Shown piece after piece: positions 1 through 14,315 of a DNA stretch of 64,000 nucleotides. Source of the stretch: Malacoraja senta (taxonomy: Eukaryota); contig CM075993.1 in the NCBI GenBank assembly GCA_038087875.1, positions 10,728,001-10,792,000 of the forward strand, read 5' to 3'. Within the stretch, counting starts at the first letter, position 1; the number at the start of each line of letters is the position of its first letter. The translations under genes and the position numbers were made by a program. The notes below the pieces were generated by a model. That model did not search any database, was not told the DNA's origin, and was given only the letters and a program-made list of their open reading frames with translations.

Positions 1-668
1 AGGTTAAAAGAATTTGGTTCAACAAATTAAAAAGTAAAATGGTGTCTCTCAGTACATTAGACCACAGCTGATAAGCAACAAATTGCAGCAAAATAAATGT
101 AGGAATGTGTGATTTCTGTGTTTACCAGTAGATATTGGTTCCAGTTTGTGCAATACCAGCAATATAACAGTATCGTTTTTGTTTTGGAGGTACACATGGA
201 AACAGGCCATTCGGCCCAGCGTGTTCATGTCAACCATCGATCACCCATTCACACTAGTTCTATGTTATCCCACTTTCCCATCCACTCCCTACACAATAGG
301 GGCGATTTACAGAGGGCCAATTAACCAACAAACCCGCATGTCGTTGGGATGTGGGAGAAAACCAGAGCTCCCGAAGGAAACAGAGCATTTGTCGACCCTG
401 GGCCTGCACTCGCTGGAGTTTAGAAGCATGAGGGGGAACCTCATTGAAACGTACAGAATAGTGAAGGGCTTGGATAGAGTGGATGTGGAGAGGATGTTTC
501 CACTAGTGGGAAAGTCTAGGCCTGAGAATTAAAAGACGTTCTTTTAGGCAGGAGATGAGGAGGAATTTCTTTAGTCAGAGGGTGGTGAATCTGTGGAATT
601 GTTTGCCACAGATGGCTGTGGAGGCCAAGTCAGTGGATATATTTAAGGCAGAGATAGATAGATTCTTG

Positions 669-862
669 TGTTAAAGAAGGAACTGCAGATGCTGGAAAAT
701 CGAAGGTACACAAAAATGCTGGAGAAACTCAGCGGGTGCAGCAGCATCTATGGAGCGAAGGAAATAGGCTGAAGAAGGGTTTCAGCCCGAAACGTTGCCT
801 ATTTCCTTCGCTCCATAGATGCTGCTGCACCCGCTGAGTTTCTCCAGCATTTTTGTGTACCT
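669..862. mobile_element. Penelope-derived foldback repeat with a hammerhead core (representative copy)
   Basis: Inverted arms, CTGAAGA-stem-GAAACGT at 769-795, and a 14-bp TSD tagatagattcttg. Relatives at ~11820, 22362, 27640, 28303, 31840, 36715, 39370, 47022, 48705, 49310, 57443 and 58870. Confidence 0.8.
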
Positions 863-1513
863 TAGATAGATTCTTGATTAGTACAGGTGTCAGGGGTTAT
901 GGGGAGAAAGCAGGAGACTGGGGTTAGGAGGGAGAGATAGATCAGCTATGATTGAATGGCGGAGTAGACTTGATGGGCCAAATGGTTTAATTCTACTCCT
1001 ATCACTTATGATCTTATGAAACCCACGCGGTCACGGGGAGAACGTGCCAACTCCACCCAGACAGCACCCGGGATCAGGATCGAACCCGGGTCTCTGGCGC
1101 TGTGAGGCAGTGGTTCTACCACTTGAGCCACTGTGCTGCCCATATACATAGTCAGTAGCAATACACGGTACAATTCTTAGATGATTACGCAGGCGCACCT
1201 GACAATATTGAAGGGGCCAATAAAGTGGGCCATTTTGCGATTACCAATAGCCCAAAGCTGTGTCAGCTGCTCATATGTCAAAGATTGGAGTTGAAATGAA
1301 ATGCTGTTGATCTATTTACTTTTTCCTGTAACAGCGAAACATTATTCTGTATCCCAAACTTTTGATGAGTGATTTGTGAATTTTGTAAGGGTCAATTTCC
1401 GATACCTGACCAGCTGTAAACCAGGGGTTGCCTGTATTGTATCATCTTTATATTTAACACGAAAAACATTAAAAAAAATTCTAAAATAGCCACGCAGCCT
1501 GCATGTACTTTCA

Positions 1514-1808
1514 GGGATACAGCGTGGAAACAGGCCCTTCGGCCCACCGAGTCTGTGCCGACCAGCGATCACCCCGTAACCAAACAATATCCTACACACA
1601 CTAGGGACAATTTACCATTTATACAAGCCTATTAACCTACACACCTGTACGCCTTTGGAGTGTGGGAGGAAACCGGAGCACCCGGAGAAAAACCCGCATG
1701 GTCACAGGGAGAATGTACAAACTCTGTACAGACAGCATACATAGTCGGGATCGAACCCGGGACTCTGGGGCTGTGAGGCAGCAACTCTACCGCTGCGCCA
1801 CCGTGCCG
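1514..1808 (-). mobile_element. HE1-type tRNA-derived V-SINE
   Basis: tRNA-like head with A/B boxes (GGTTCGATCC), central V-domain-like core and a LINE-like 3' tail. Confidence 0.85.
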
Positions 1809-2570
1809 CTGAGCTTTGATTCCTGTTAACACAGGCCAGATTAGTTGTTAATGATTTTAAACTGGCTGAAACGTCACCTATCTACGTCCTCCACAGATGC
1901 TGCCTGATCCACTGAGTTACTCCTGCACTTTGTGGGTTTTTTGGGGGGTAAACCAGCATCTGCAGTTCCTTGTGTCTCAACTGAAACTGGCTGTTTTCCA
2001 ATGATGAATTTTCACCTGACGTCTGTTTCTGTTGCTATTCTAAACCCAGTGACGTTTCCCTTGGTTCCCCCATTCACACTTAGGCTTGGCTCACTGCCCA
2101 GTGCCATGTACTGGAATGTCACCTTCATTCGTGGGCCAAACACATACCCACCACGTTGCCATCAGCGTAGGAAGCCGAGGGGTGACCTTGTCATCGAGTC
2201 ATAGAGAGTGATAGAGTGCTACAGTGTGGAAACAGGCCCTTCGGCCCAACTCACCTACACCGGCCAACAATGTCCCAGCTACACTAGTCCCACTTGCCTG
2301 CACTTGGTCCATATCCCTCCAAACCTGCCCTATCAATGTACCTGTCTAACTGTCACTTAAACGATGGGATAGTCCCAGCCTCAACTACCTCCTCCAGCAG
2401 CTTGTTCCATACACCCACCACCCTTTGTGTGAAAAAGTTACCCCTCGGATTCCTATTAAATCTTTTCCCCTTCACCTTAAAGCTATGTCCTCTGGTCTTC
2501 GATTCCACTATTCTGGGCAAAAGAATCTGTGCGTCTACCCGATCTATTCCTCTCATGATTTTGTACACCT

Positions 2571-2605
<35 letters not shown>

Positions 2606-3471
2606 ACCCCCCCCCCCCCCCCCCCCTCCACCCCCCTACACAACCTAGACCCCAGCCTACTCAACAAAGACCCAGATAACTCAACCCAGCCTACTTGTCG
2701 AGGTTCATTAAAGCATGAGGGGCACGGATAAGGGGAAAATCACGATCTTAATCTCAGGTGGAGGAACGAGCTGCTGGAGGAAGTGGTAGAGGTGGGTGCG
2801 ATTATGACATGTAAGAGATATTTGGACAGGGACATGAAGAGCAAAAGTCTGGTACCGGCCCAGGTAGGTGGGACCAGCTGAGTTGGGCATCTTGGCCAGC
2901 ATGGGTGAGTCGGGCTGGAGGAGCCGTTTCCATGCTTGATAGGTCTATGACTTCACAACATATAGAAACATAGAAAATAGGTGCAGGAGTAGGCCATTCA
3001 GCCCTTCGAGCCAGCACCGACATTCAATATGATCACGGCAGATCATCCACAATCAGCACCCCGTTCCTGCTTTCACCCCATATCCCTTGATTCCAGTAGT
3101 CCTAAGAGCTAAATCTAACTCTCTCTTGAAAACATCCAGTGAATTGGCCTCCACTGCCTTCTGTGGTGGAGAATTCCACGTGTAGATCGGTTATTGCATG
3201 CTAGCCAATCATAGTGCTTGTTAGTAGTAGCCCCGTCTAATACATACTTTATAATATTAAGAATCCGCCTACGTAGGGCAGTAGATGTAGCCGCTCGGAG
3301 ATGTACTACAGATCCTATGCTGTAAGTGTTTAATAAAGATGTGTTGTATCTTTACGTGCGTTTGAGTCCTGTAATTACATGGTGTCAGATCGTGACTCAG
3401 ACTCACTCCGCCCCTCTTTTACTTTTATCAGTTTTATTTTATCACTTTGTTCTCTCCGTCGTGGCTAATTC

Positions 3472-6400
3472 GTGCCGCAGACTACTGTATCACTACTGCT
3501 TAATCTAGCGGGTCCAGAGGCAATGAATCGTGCTGACAACTTTGACCTTGCTCCTGCTATTGTGGATGGCAACGGGCAGGTCCAAGTCCCTGCCGAGACT
3601 GTAGATGACCCCGTGGTTCTCCTCAGAAAATTTAGAGAGCTGTGTGATCTGCCGTCAAACCACATAATTGAACGGACGAAGTTCTATGCTCGTTTGCAGC
3701 AGGCTGATGAACCTATTGAACTATTTATTAGCGGCTTGAAACACATGGCTGTGCACTGTCGCTTCGGTGAGTTGACTAATGAACTTGTTAGAGATAAGCT
3801 TGTCGGGGGCATGATCGATAGCAAACTGAGAGCTGAGCTCCTTCGCAACACCGAACGAACTATTGTCCAAGCGATTCATTCATGTCGAATTTCAGAGATT
3901 ACTGCTCCCCATGCTGATCCTGATTTTTTCAACCCACGACAGCAGCACGTCAATCTTACTGACCACCCCTCCCACAATGCCCCTAAGGTGCCTGCTGCTC
4001 TATGTCAGAATTATAATTATTTTCATGCAAAGGGTCGCCAATTCTGCATAGTTTACGGAAAGACCTGCAATTATTGTAAAAAGCAGAACTACTTTGCGAA
4101 ATGCTGCCGTTCTCGTGGGACTGCCAATCCTTCAAGGACAATCTTGGACCTGCTTCAACAAGAGTTCTCCGATACTGACTCCCCAGAGCCTGAAACATCC
4201 TCCCACGAGACACTGCTGATAACAGTTCTGCTATTCACTCCCTCCTCCCTTCGTCTAATGAGCTACTCGACCCTGAAGTGACCCTGAAGTTCATAAATAA
4301 CAGACCCACACTAGCCAAAGTGGATACAGGGGCAAAGGCCAACGTCATGTCGATAAGGGAGTTTAACTAAATCCGAAATGCCGAACAAATGCTTAAGGAC
4401 TCCTCAACGCTTCGGGCTTATGGGGGAGAGATCTTACATCCACTGTGCACAGTAGATGAGCAGACGCGCCCCCTGTAGTTTTACATTGTAAAAACAAAAC
4501 TCAGAGACTCTGCTTGGTATCAATGCATGCCACGACCTAGGCCTGGTGTATTTTGGACATGCGGTCCACAAACTATGCCTCACTGACGAGCCAGCACAGC
4601 AACTGCTCTCCCAGTACAAAGACCTGTTTAATGATGGACTTGGCAAGTTGCCTGTAAAGTATCGAATCACACTTGATCCTACAGTCACACCTGTAGTCCG
4701 AGCACCACATCACGTTCCACATACCATGTGCGACAGAATACGTAATGAACGCATGGTCTCAATGGGAGTCATTGCCGAAGTTACCGGCCCGTCTCACTGG
4801 GTTTCCACCATGGTCGTTGCAACTAAGAAAAACAAAGAGGAGATATGTATCTGCATCAATCCCAGAGATCTGAATACTGCAATCAAGCGCCCCCACTACC
4901 CAATGAGAACTACAGAAGATGTTGTTGCACAGATTGGAAATACAGCAGTGTTCTCAGTCCTGGATGCCAAAAGCTCCTTTTGGCAGATCCCATTAGACAC
5001 GGACTCATCCAACCTCACTACTTTTTGCACAACCTTCGGCCGTTTCAAATTTCTAAGGATGCCCTTCGGCATCAACTCCACCAGCGAAGTTTCCCAGTGC
5101 ACCATGGAACAACTATTTGCAGAGTACACGTGCGCTATCATTGTTGATGATATCTTCTTCTATGGTCGCGACCTGGCTGAATATGATGCTAATCTGAAGA
5201 GAGTGCTCGACTGCGCCAAAGACATTAATCTCAAATTGATTCCACTAAAGTGCAGGTTTCGAGTTCCCGAGGTCACTTACATCAGACATGTTTTCACCAG
5301 CAGTGGCCTCAAGCCTGATCTACTGAAAACCACAGCCATCAACGAACTGCCTGTTCCCACTGATGTCACGAGTTCGCAACGATTCCTCGGCATGGTCAAC
5401 TACCTGGGTAAATTTATTCCTAACCTCAGCGGGTTATCGGCCCCACTGCGCAAGCTGACACACAAAGATAGGGCATGGTCCTGGTACCCGCAGCACCAAA
5501 GGGCTTTTGACACGCTCAAGCTACAACTGGCCAGCGCGCCAACACTTTCATATTTCGATCTAGAATTACCAGTTACTATCTCCTGCGATGCGTCCCAGTA
5601 TGGGCTAGGCGCGGCACCCACTACCCAATGAGAACTACAGAAGACGTCGCTGCACAGATTGGAAATACAGCGGTGTTCTCAGTCCTGGATGCCAAAAGCT
5701 CCTTTTGGCAGATCCCATTAGACACGGACTCATCCAACCTCACTACTTTTGGCACATCCTTTGGCCGTTTCAAATTTCTAAGGATGCCCTTCGGCATCAA
5801 CTCCGCCAGCGAAGTGATCCCGCCACTACCGACGGCGGGATCAAGCCAGTCTCATATGCATCCCGTACCGTGACTGATACCGAACAGCGATATGCTCAGA
5901 TTGAAAAGGAACTGCTCGCGGTTGTTTTCGCATGTTCGAAATTCAAGGACTTCATTTTAGGTAAGACCATCACCATCGAGACTGAGCACCAACCCTTGGT
6001 CACTATTTTGAACAAGCCGATTCATGCGGCCCCAGCACGGCTGCAACGGACGATGATGCAGCTGTAGCGCTTTGACTTCCACATCGTCAACATGAAAGGT
6101 AAAGACATGCACATAACAGACATGCTATCCAGAGCCCCGCGCAGTACCAGTGAGTTTGTCCCTACTGATCGCTTACGCTGCCTTGCCGAACACACGGCTG
6201 CGGACGAGACTTTACAATTGCTGTCCACAGTCATACGGAACGGTTGTCCCCACAAACGGTCAAATACCCCGCTCGAGATACGCCCCTACTTCCTAGTTCG
6301 TGACGAGTTAGTGCTACAGGACGGAATCATAGTCAAGGGCCACAAGGCGGTGGTCCCAGCCGCACTACGGGTCGAATACTACAACGACATCCACAGGGGC

Positions 6401-7300
6401 AACGCCGGCACGAAGGCCACCCTCCAACGGGCTCAAAGTGTGTTTTACTGGCCCGGAATGACAAAATACATACGTGAAAGAACCAAAACAGTTTAGCACC
6501 ACACCAGCAGGAGCAGCCTCTTCTGCCCCATCCAGTTCCTCCTCTTCTGTGGTCCTCGCTGGCTGCCGACATCTTCGACTGGCATTGGAAACACTATCTA
6601 GTTCTTGTTGATTCTTACTCGGGATGGTTCGAACTAGACCGACTGCAAACCATTTCCTCTGAGTCAGTGATCGAGAAGCTGCAACGCACCTCTCCGTGCA
6701 TGGCTCGCTCCCCTGCTCGTATCCAGACTGACAATGGCAGGCAATTCACCAGCCAAGCGTTTAAGAACTTTGCTGAAAGATGGGACTTCCGACACATTAC
6801 CAGCAGCCCAGAGTTCCCGCAGTCCAATGGACTGGCCAAGCGCACTGTTCAGAGTGCGAAACAATTTATGGAACGTTCCTACCTTGCCAAATCCGACGTA
6901 TACCTGGACTTGCTCAATCTATGAAACATTGCATGGGACAACATCCGAGGCTCTCCTGCCCAGTGACTAGTGTCTCGCCAGACCCGTGTACCCCTTCCTG
7001 TCTCTCAGCAGCTACTGCAGCCACGCGTCCGCTCCCCGCCCGCGGTGCAGAAGCAGCTACAATTCAAGCGTTTCTACGACAAGTCCAGCAAGCCACTCAA
7101 ACCACTTGAGCATGGACAAGTGGTTCGCCTGCAAACCGACAAGGGCCATACACGACTGGGGCACATTTACGGACCCGTCCAAAGAACCACGTTCGTACCT
7201 GGTCGAAGTGGACGGAGTCATCTACAGACGCAACCGTCAACATATCCTTCCAGTGAAGGAACCGCGTCCTGCAACTACAGGTCCTGATGCCCCGCCTCTG
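3472..7300 (+). pseudogene. Gypsy gag-pol, disrupted
   Basis: ORF pieces 3472-4281 (gag, CNYCKKQNYFAKCC), ~4315 (KVDTGAKANVM), 4546-5631 (RT), 5705-6067 (RNase H, YAQIEKELLAVVFA) and 6092-7287 (integrase, TDNGRQF, PQSNGLA, PRSYLVE). Confidence 0.9.
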
Positions 7301-7708
7301 GTGTTGGCTCCCACAGCCGTTCCAGTGAATCCACCACCAGCCGTTACTTCTGCCGGGGGGTTCCCCGCGTCGGTTGATGCCTGGTTCGCCTGTGGCATCT
7401 CCCGCCAGGCCTGCCGGGTCGCCGGTTGTGTCCCCACTCCCTTCCCCCGTCTGTTCTCCCGCGAAAGGAGGTGAGGCGGTCTCCTACCGCACGAGGGCTG
7501 GGCGGGTTTAGAAGCCACCTGTTAGATATGGTGATTTTGTATAATCTTGCTCGCATATTCTTGGCATCACCTCACCATATTGTATAAGGCACCGGAGTTT
7601 CTTTATTTTCTTTATTTTCTACAAGAAGAGATGTAGATCGACTATTGCATGCTCGTCAATCATAGCGCTTGTTAGTAATATCCCCGCCTAATACATCTAT
7701 CTATCTAT

Positions 7709-10170
7709 GCTGAGGAAGAGAATGGGGTGCTGAGGAAGAGAATTTCTTGGAATGTATGCGGGATAGTTATCTAAATCAACATGTAGAGGAACCAACGAGA
7801 GAGCAGGCTATTTTAGACTGGGTATTGAGTAATGAGGAAGGGTTAGTTAGCAGTCTTGTTGTACGTGCCCCCTTGGGCAAGAGTGACCACAATATGGTTG
7901 GTTCTTCATTAGGATGGAGAGTAACATTGTTAATTCAGAAACAATGGTTCTGAACTTAAAGAAAGGTAACTTTGAGGGTATGAGACGTGAATTGGCCAAG
8001 ATTGACTGGCAATTAATTCTAAAAGGGTTGACGGTGGACATGCAATGGAAGACATTTAAAGACTGCATGGATGAACTACAAAAATTGTTCATCCCAGTTT
8101 GGCAAAAGAATAAATCAGGGAAGGTAGTGCATCCGTGGATAACAAGGGAAATCAGGGATGGTATCAAAGCGAAGGATGATGCGTACAAATTAGCCAGAAA
8201 AAGCAGCATACCGGAGGACTGGGAGAAATTCAGAGACCAGCAGAGGAGGACAAAGGGCTTAGTTAGGAAAGGAAAAATAGATTATGAAAGAAAACTGGCA
8301 GGGAACATAAAAACTGACTGCAAAAGTTTTTATAGATATGTAAAAAGAAAGAGATTATTTAAAACAAATGTAGGTCCCTTGCAGTCAGAAACAGGTGAGT
8401 TGATCATGGGGAACAAGGATATGGCAGACCAATTGAATAACTACTTTGGTTCCGTCTTCACTAAGGAAGACATAAATAATCTGCCGGAAATAGCAGGGGA
8501 CCGCGGGTCAAAGGAGTTGGAGGAATTGAGTGAAATCCAGGTTAGTCGGGAAGTGGATTTGGGTAAATTGAATGGATTAAAGGCCGATAAATCCCCAGGG
8601 CCAGATAGGCTGCATCCCAGAGTACTTAAGGAAGTAGCTCCAGAAATAGTGGATGCATTAGTAATAATCTTTCAAAACTCTTTAGATTCTGGAGTAGTTC
8701 CTGAGGATTGGCGGGTAGCAAACGTAACCCCACTTTTTCAGAAGGGAGGGAGAGAGAAAACGGGGAATTACAGACCAGTTAGTCTAACATCGGTAGTGGG
8801 GAAACTGCTAGAGTCAGTTATTAAAGATGGGATAGCAGCACATTTGGAAAGTGGTGAAATCATTGGACAAAGTCAGCATGGATTTACGAAAGGTAAATCA
8901 TGTCTGACGAATCTTATAGAATTTTTCGAGGATGTAACTAGTAGCGTGGATAGGGGAGAACCAGTGGATGTGGTGTATCTGGACTTCCAGAAGGCTTTCG
9001 ACAAGGTCCCACATAAGAGATTAGTATACAAACTTAAAGCACATGGCATTGGGGGTTCAGTATTGATGTGGCTAGAGAACTGGCTGTCAAACAGGAAGCA
9101 AAGAGTAGGAGTAAACGGGTCCTTTTCACAATGGCAGGCAGTGACTAGTGGGGTACCGCAAGGCTCAGTGCTGGGACCCCAGCTATTTACAATATATATT
9201 AATGACCTGAAGGAGGGAATTGAAGGCACTATCTCCAAGTTTGCGGATGACACTAAGCTGGGGGGCAGTGTTAGCTGTGAGGAGGATGCTAGGAGACTGC
9301 AAGGTGACTTGGATAGGCTGGGTGAGTGGGCAAATGTTTGGCAGATGCAGTATAATGTGGATAAATGTGAGGTTATCCATTTTGGTGGCAAAAACAGGAA
9401 AGCAGACTATTATCTAAATGGTGGCCGACTAGGAAAAGGGGAGATGCAGCGAGACCTGGGTGTCATGGTACACCAGTCATTGAAAGTAGGCATGCAGGTG
9501 CAGCAGGCAGTGAAGAAAGCGAATGGTATGTTAGCTTTCATAGCAAAAGGATTTGAGTATAAGAGCAGGGAGGTTCTACTGCAGTTGTACAGGGTCTTGG
9601 TGAGACCACACCTGGAGTATTGCGTACAGTTTTGGTCTCCAAATCTGAGGGAGGACATTATTGCCATAGAGGGAGTGCAGAGAAGGTTCACCAGACTGAT
9701 TCCTGGGATGTCAGGACTGTCTTATGAAGAAAGACTGGATAGACTTGGTTTATACTCTCTAGAATTTAGGAGATTGAGAGGGGATCTTATAGAAACTTAC
9801 AAAATTCTTAAGGGGTTGGACAGGCTAGATGCAGGAAGATTGCTCCCGATGTTGGGGAAGTCCAGGACAAGGGGTCACAGCTTAAGGATAAGGGGGAAAT
9901 CCTTTAAAACCGAGATGAGAAGAACTTTTTTCACACAGAGAGTGGTGAATCTCTGGAACTCTCTGCCACAGAGGGTAGTCGAGGCCAGTTCATTGGCTAT
10001 ATTTAAGAGGGAGTTAGATGTGGCCCTTGTGGCTAAAGGGATCAGAGGGTATGGAGAGAAGGCAGGTACAGGATACTGAGTTGGATGATCAGCCATGATC
10101 ATATTGAATGGCGGTGCAGGCTCGAAGGGCCGAATGGCCTACTCCTGCACCTAATTTCTATGTTTCTATG
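7709..10170 (+). mobile_element. 5'-truncated young CR1/HER1-type LINE
   Basis: Endonuclease end (LDWVL, SDHNM) followed by a 721-aa open RT ORF and a 3'UTR with a (TTTCTATG) tail. Confidence 0.95.
7914..10079 (+). CDS. CR1 LINE ORF2 reverse transcriptase, N-terminally truncated
   Basis: Motifs KSPGPD, NYRPVSLTS, YLDFQKAFDKV, GVPQGSVLGP and KFADD. Confidence 0.93.
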   Translation: MESNIVNSETMVLNLKKGNFEGMRRELAKIDWQLILKGLTVDMQWKTFKDCMDELQKLFIPVWQKNKSGKVVHPWITREIRDGIKAKDDAYKLARKSSIPEDWEKFRDQQRRTKGLVRKGKIDYERKLAGNIKTDCKSFYRYVKRKRLFKTNVGPLQSETGELIMGNKDMADQLNNYFGSVFTKEDINNLPEIAGDRGSKELEELSEIQVSREVDLGKLNGLKADKSPGPDRLHPRVLKEVAPEIVDALVIIFQNSLDSGVVPEDWRVANVTPLFQKGGREKTGNYRPVSLTSVVGKLLESVIKDGIAAHLESGEIIGQSQHGFTKGKSCLTNLIEFFEDVTSSVDRGEPVDVVYLDFQKAFDKVPHKRLVYKLKAHGIGGSVLMWLENWLSNRKQRVGVNGSFSQWQAVTSGVPQGSVLGPQLFTIYINDLKEGIEGTISKFADDTKLGGSVSCEEDARRLQGDLDRLGEWANVWQMQYNVDKCEVIHFGGKNRKADYYLNGGRLGKGEMQRDLGVMVHQSLKVGMQVQQAVKKANGMLAFIAKGFEYKSREVLLQLYRVLVRPHLEYCVQFWSPNLREDIIAIEGVQRRFTRLIPGMSGLSYEERLDRLGLYSLEFRRLRGDLIETYKILKGLDRLDAGRLLPMLGKSRTRGHSLRIRGKSFKTEMRRTFFTQRVVNLWNSLPQRVVEASSLAIFKRELDVALVAKGIRGYGEKAGTGY

Positions 10171-10192
10171 TTTGTTTGTTTGTTTGTTTCTT

Positions 10193-10549
<357 letters not shown>

Positions 10550-11229
10550 TATATAAAACTCTGTGGCTGCCTGACTTGTGTCCGCCTGACTTCTGTCTGC
10601 CACCAAATCCCCTTTGATACCGCCCCAGGCCCACACAGCACGCGGAAAGGCCCATGTTTTTTACCATTTCCAAAGAGATGACATTTATCTTTACGAATAG
10701 CCACTCCTGATTAAATTCGGTCGTGTTTATGTACACGTTTTTAAAATAAAATCCATCCCCCCCCCACCCCCACTCGATTTTTCCCGATTTTCTCCGAAAA
10801 CAACGCCATCTTTTTTTCGCCGATTTTCACCCCGGGGTCTGAAGCACGTTCGGGGACCAGACCCAACGGGTCTGCACTTGGTCTAGTACTTTATAATATT
10901 AAGAATCCGCCTACATAGGGCAGTAGATGTAGCCGCTCGTAGATGTAACGTACTGCACATCCTATGCTGTCAGTGTTTAATAAAGATGTGTTGTATCTTT
11001 ACGGGCGTTTGAGTCCTGTAATTACACCACGGATTCACAACTCTGGGTGAAAAAGTTCATCCTCATCTCAGTCCTAAATGGCCAACCCCCAATTCTTATC
11101 TCAGAAGCTCTAACCCTCTGTAGTGTTCATGAAGCTTCAAGGTAGACAGGGAATGAAGGAATATTGACCACATTCAGGGAGAGGAGATTAGATTATTTTG
11201 GCATCATGGTTATCTAGCACAGATCGGGA

Positions 11230-11750
11230 TGAATCACGGCACGGTTTGGGAACAGCTCCATCCAAAACTGAAGGAAGTTGCAGAGAATTGTGGACGCAGC
11301 CCAGGCCTTCACACAAACCAACCTCCCTTCCATTGACTCCATCAACACCTCACGTTGCCTCGGCAAGGCCAGCAGCATAATCAAGGACCAGTCTCACCCC
11401 GGACACTCCCTCTTCTCCCCTCTCCCATCGGGCAAGAGGCACAGAAGAGTGAAAACGCACACCTCTAGATTCAGGGACAGTTTATTCCCAGCTGTTATTA
11501 GGCAACTGAACTGTCCACTCACCAACTAGAGAGCAACCCTGAGCTGCCATCTACCTACCTCATTGGAGACCTTCAGACCTAAAAGTCTTTAATCGGACTT
11601 TACTGGGCTTTATCTAGCACTAAATGCCATTCCCTATATCCCGTATCCATACACGATGGATAGCTTGATTACCATCCTGTATTGGTTAGCACGCAACAAA
11701 AGCTTTTCACTATACCACAGTACACGTGAGAATAAACTAAATTAAATTGT
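11230..11750 (+). mobile_element. Rex1/Babar-type LINE 3' fragment (relatives at 44125-45930 and 57160-57430)
   Basis: ORF 11278-11529 (SIIKDQSHPGHSLFSPLPSGKR...RFRDSLFP) resembles the C-terminus of this LINE clade, followed by an (AAACT) tail. Confidence 0.7.
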
Positions 11751-13699
11751 GGGCCAAATGGCCTTTCCTGTTCTCTATTCTCCTGTATGTCATTGCTATC
11801 CCAGTCTTTCATTCATCCCAGTCTGAAGAAAGGTCTTGACTCGAAACGTCATCCATTCCATCTCTCCAGAGATGCTGCCTGTCCCGCTGAGTTACTCCAG
11901 CATTTTGTGTCTATTTCTACATAATTCAAGTGCCTCATTAACACTACAAAGGCTTTTCCCTGTACCTCGGTACATGTGACAATAAACTGAACTCAAACTC
12001 ATGTCTCTTGCACGTCTTTGCAATTTCACGACAAATTAGCTCCTCAATATTCTTCCCACCAACTAATCCCAGTCACATACCCAGCCTTTATTTCCCAAAT
12101 CCAAGCCGATTCTATTCATTATTTCAGAACATCTTTCCTCTCCCAGTACTTCTAGATTCTTTCTTGAACATTGTAGACACTTGTATATTGAGAACACACA
12201 CACACGACTGTATTTTACTTGCAATGGCACCATAATGCTATTTGCCTCAACCTCCTATACTTGTGAGAAGCTATACTTGTTTATACAACATATACTAAAC
12301 ACATTGACTTTCTACTTAACCTAGTCTTGGCTAAAAATCATTTTGCGGTCTGTTGCAATTCTTGTCACCTGATTTTCTCTCTCTCTCTATTTCCATGTAA
12401 ATTTGAGTGCCCTGTGTATGAGACAGAATGTGGAACAATACAGCACAAGGTCAGGCCATTCGGCCCACAATGCCTGTGCCGAACATGATGCCAAGACCAA
12501 CTCCTATCTGCCTGCACATAACCCATAGCCCTCCATATCCAGGTCGGCTCATGGATATGCAGGGAATGGAGGGATATGGATCACGTGCAGGCAGAGATGA
12601 CTCTAACTTTAAGGGCTGCACGGTGGTGCAGCGGTAGAATTGCTGCTATATAGCACTGGAGGCCAGCGTTCAATCATGACTACGGGTGCTGTCTGTACGG
12701 AGTTTGTACGCTCTCCCCGTGACCGCGTGCGTTTCCTCCAGGTGCACCGATTCCCTCCCACAACGTGCAAATTTGTAGGTTAATTGACATTGGCTAAAAT
12801 TGTAAATTGTCCCCAGTGTGTGTGTGTGTGTGTGTGTGTGTAGGATAGTGCTAGTGTACGGGGTGATCGCTGGTCGGTGGGACTAAGGGTCTGGGACTAA
12901 GGACAGTTTCTGCGCTGTATCTTTAAACTAAAAAATTAAACTGCACTTGGCATCACGTTTGGTGCAGTGTGGGCCGATGGGCTTGATCTTGCTTTCTATG
13001 TTCTGGTAAAAACAGCTTTGCTAAGATCATGGTACAAAGTGGGGCCTCCGTGGTGTGAAGGAGGCGATAGGTCAAAAGAGCTGTAGTGAAGGGTATAGAC
13101 TGAGCGTTTCAGTGTGGCACGCTGCCAATAGCAAAACCCGAGCAAGGCTGAATGTCCAGAGAGTTTGGTATGACAGATATAGATAATAGGAGCAGGAGGA
13201 GGCCATTCAGCCCTTCGAGCCAGCACCGCCATTCACTGTGATCATGGCTGATCATCCACATGGTGGTATAGATGGTGTGGTACTTTATTTGACACATGTT
13301 CTGAGGTACAATGAAATTCCACGGCGGGCGAGTCCTAGGTCTATGGACCACGATTGACTGGGAGAGACAGGGACATGTTCCTGCTAGCTAGGTTGAATGA
13401 ATTGATCCTTTATTAGGCACATTTACTTGTTACAGTGAAATTCTTTGTTTGCTTACAGTACACAAACATGCAGAGAGTCGCCACATGATGGCACCGACAG
13501 TTACAAAAGTATGTAGCCCCGATGGTCCTTCTTGCTTCTCTCTCCCCCCCTCCCCCCTCCCCCCTCCCCCCTCCCCCACCACCCCTCCACCCCGGGACCC
13601 TCATGTTCCAGAGTTTTAGAGATAAAGAAATGAAGCAGCAGGATGTTAAATGATGATTCATAAGTGAGAGGAGCAGAATTAGGCCATTCGGCCCATCAA

Positions 13700-13960
13700 G
13701 GATGGCATGGCGACGCAGCGGTAGAGTTGCTGCCTCACAGCGCCAGAGACCCGGGTTCCATCCCGACTATGGGTGCTGTCTGTACGGAGTTTGTACGTTC
13801 TCCCCGTGACCGCGCTGGTTTCCTCCCACACTCCAAAGACGTACAGGATTGTAGATTTATTGGCTTGGTATGAATGTAAATTGTCCCTAGAGCGCGTAGC
13901 ATGGGTGTGCAGCGACTCGGTGGGCCGAAGGGCCTGTTTCGGCGCTTATCTCTAAACTAA
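13700..13960 (+). mobile_element. HE1-type SINE inserted in a HER1 LINE tail
   Basis: Same family. The LINE tail resumes after the SINE. Confidence 0.85.
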
Positions 13961-14110
13961 AGTCTGCTCCGCCATTCAATCGTGGCTGATCTATCTCTCC
14001 CTCTCAACCCCATTCTCCCGCCTTCTCCCCATGACCCCTGATACTCGTACTCATCAAGATCTCCTGATTGCTCCTTGTTTTGCTGAGAAACAGCACAGCA
14101 GAACGAGTAA

Positions 14111-14315
14111 AGGGCCTGTCCCACTTGGGCGTCATTTGCGCGTCATTTACACAACATCATTTACGTGTCGTGACTCGCACGTGATGCGCGCATGGTGCGT
14201 GGTGACGTAAGCAATGACGCGCGGCTGCGCGCGGTGCCCCAGGATTTTGGGATGTACAAAATCTTTGCGCTCCATCTGCGTGACGTACAAATGATGCCCA
14301 AGTGGGACAGGCCCT
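14111..14315. mobile_element. PIF/Harbinger MITE (205 bp)
   Basis: TIR AGGGCCTGTCCCACTTGGGC and TAA TSD. The empty site gagTAActcagcggg is seen in other repeat copies. Confidence 0.9.

Noticed and set aside
1740..1808. tRNA genes at SINE heads
   Set aside because: tRNA-derived SINE heads continuous with the SINE body, not standalone tRNAs.
2572..2627. Poly-proline/poly-glycine ORFs
   Set aside because: Homopolymer C run beside a LINE fragment. Its length may be unreliable.
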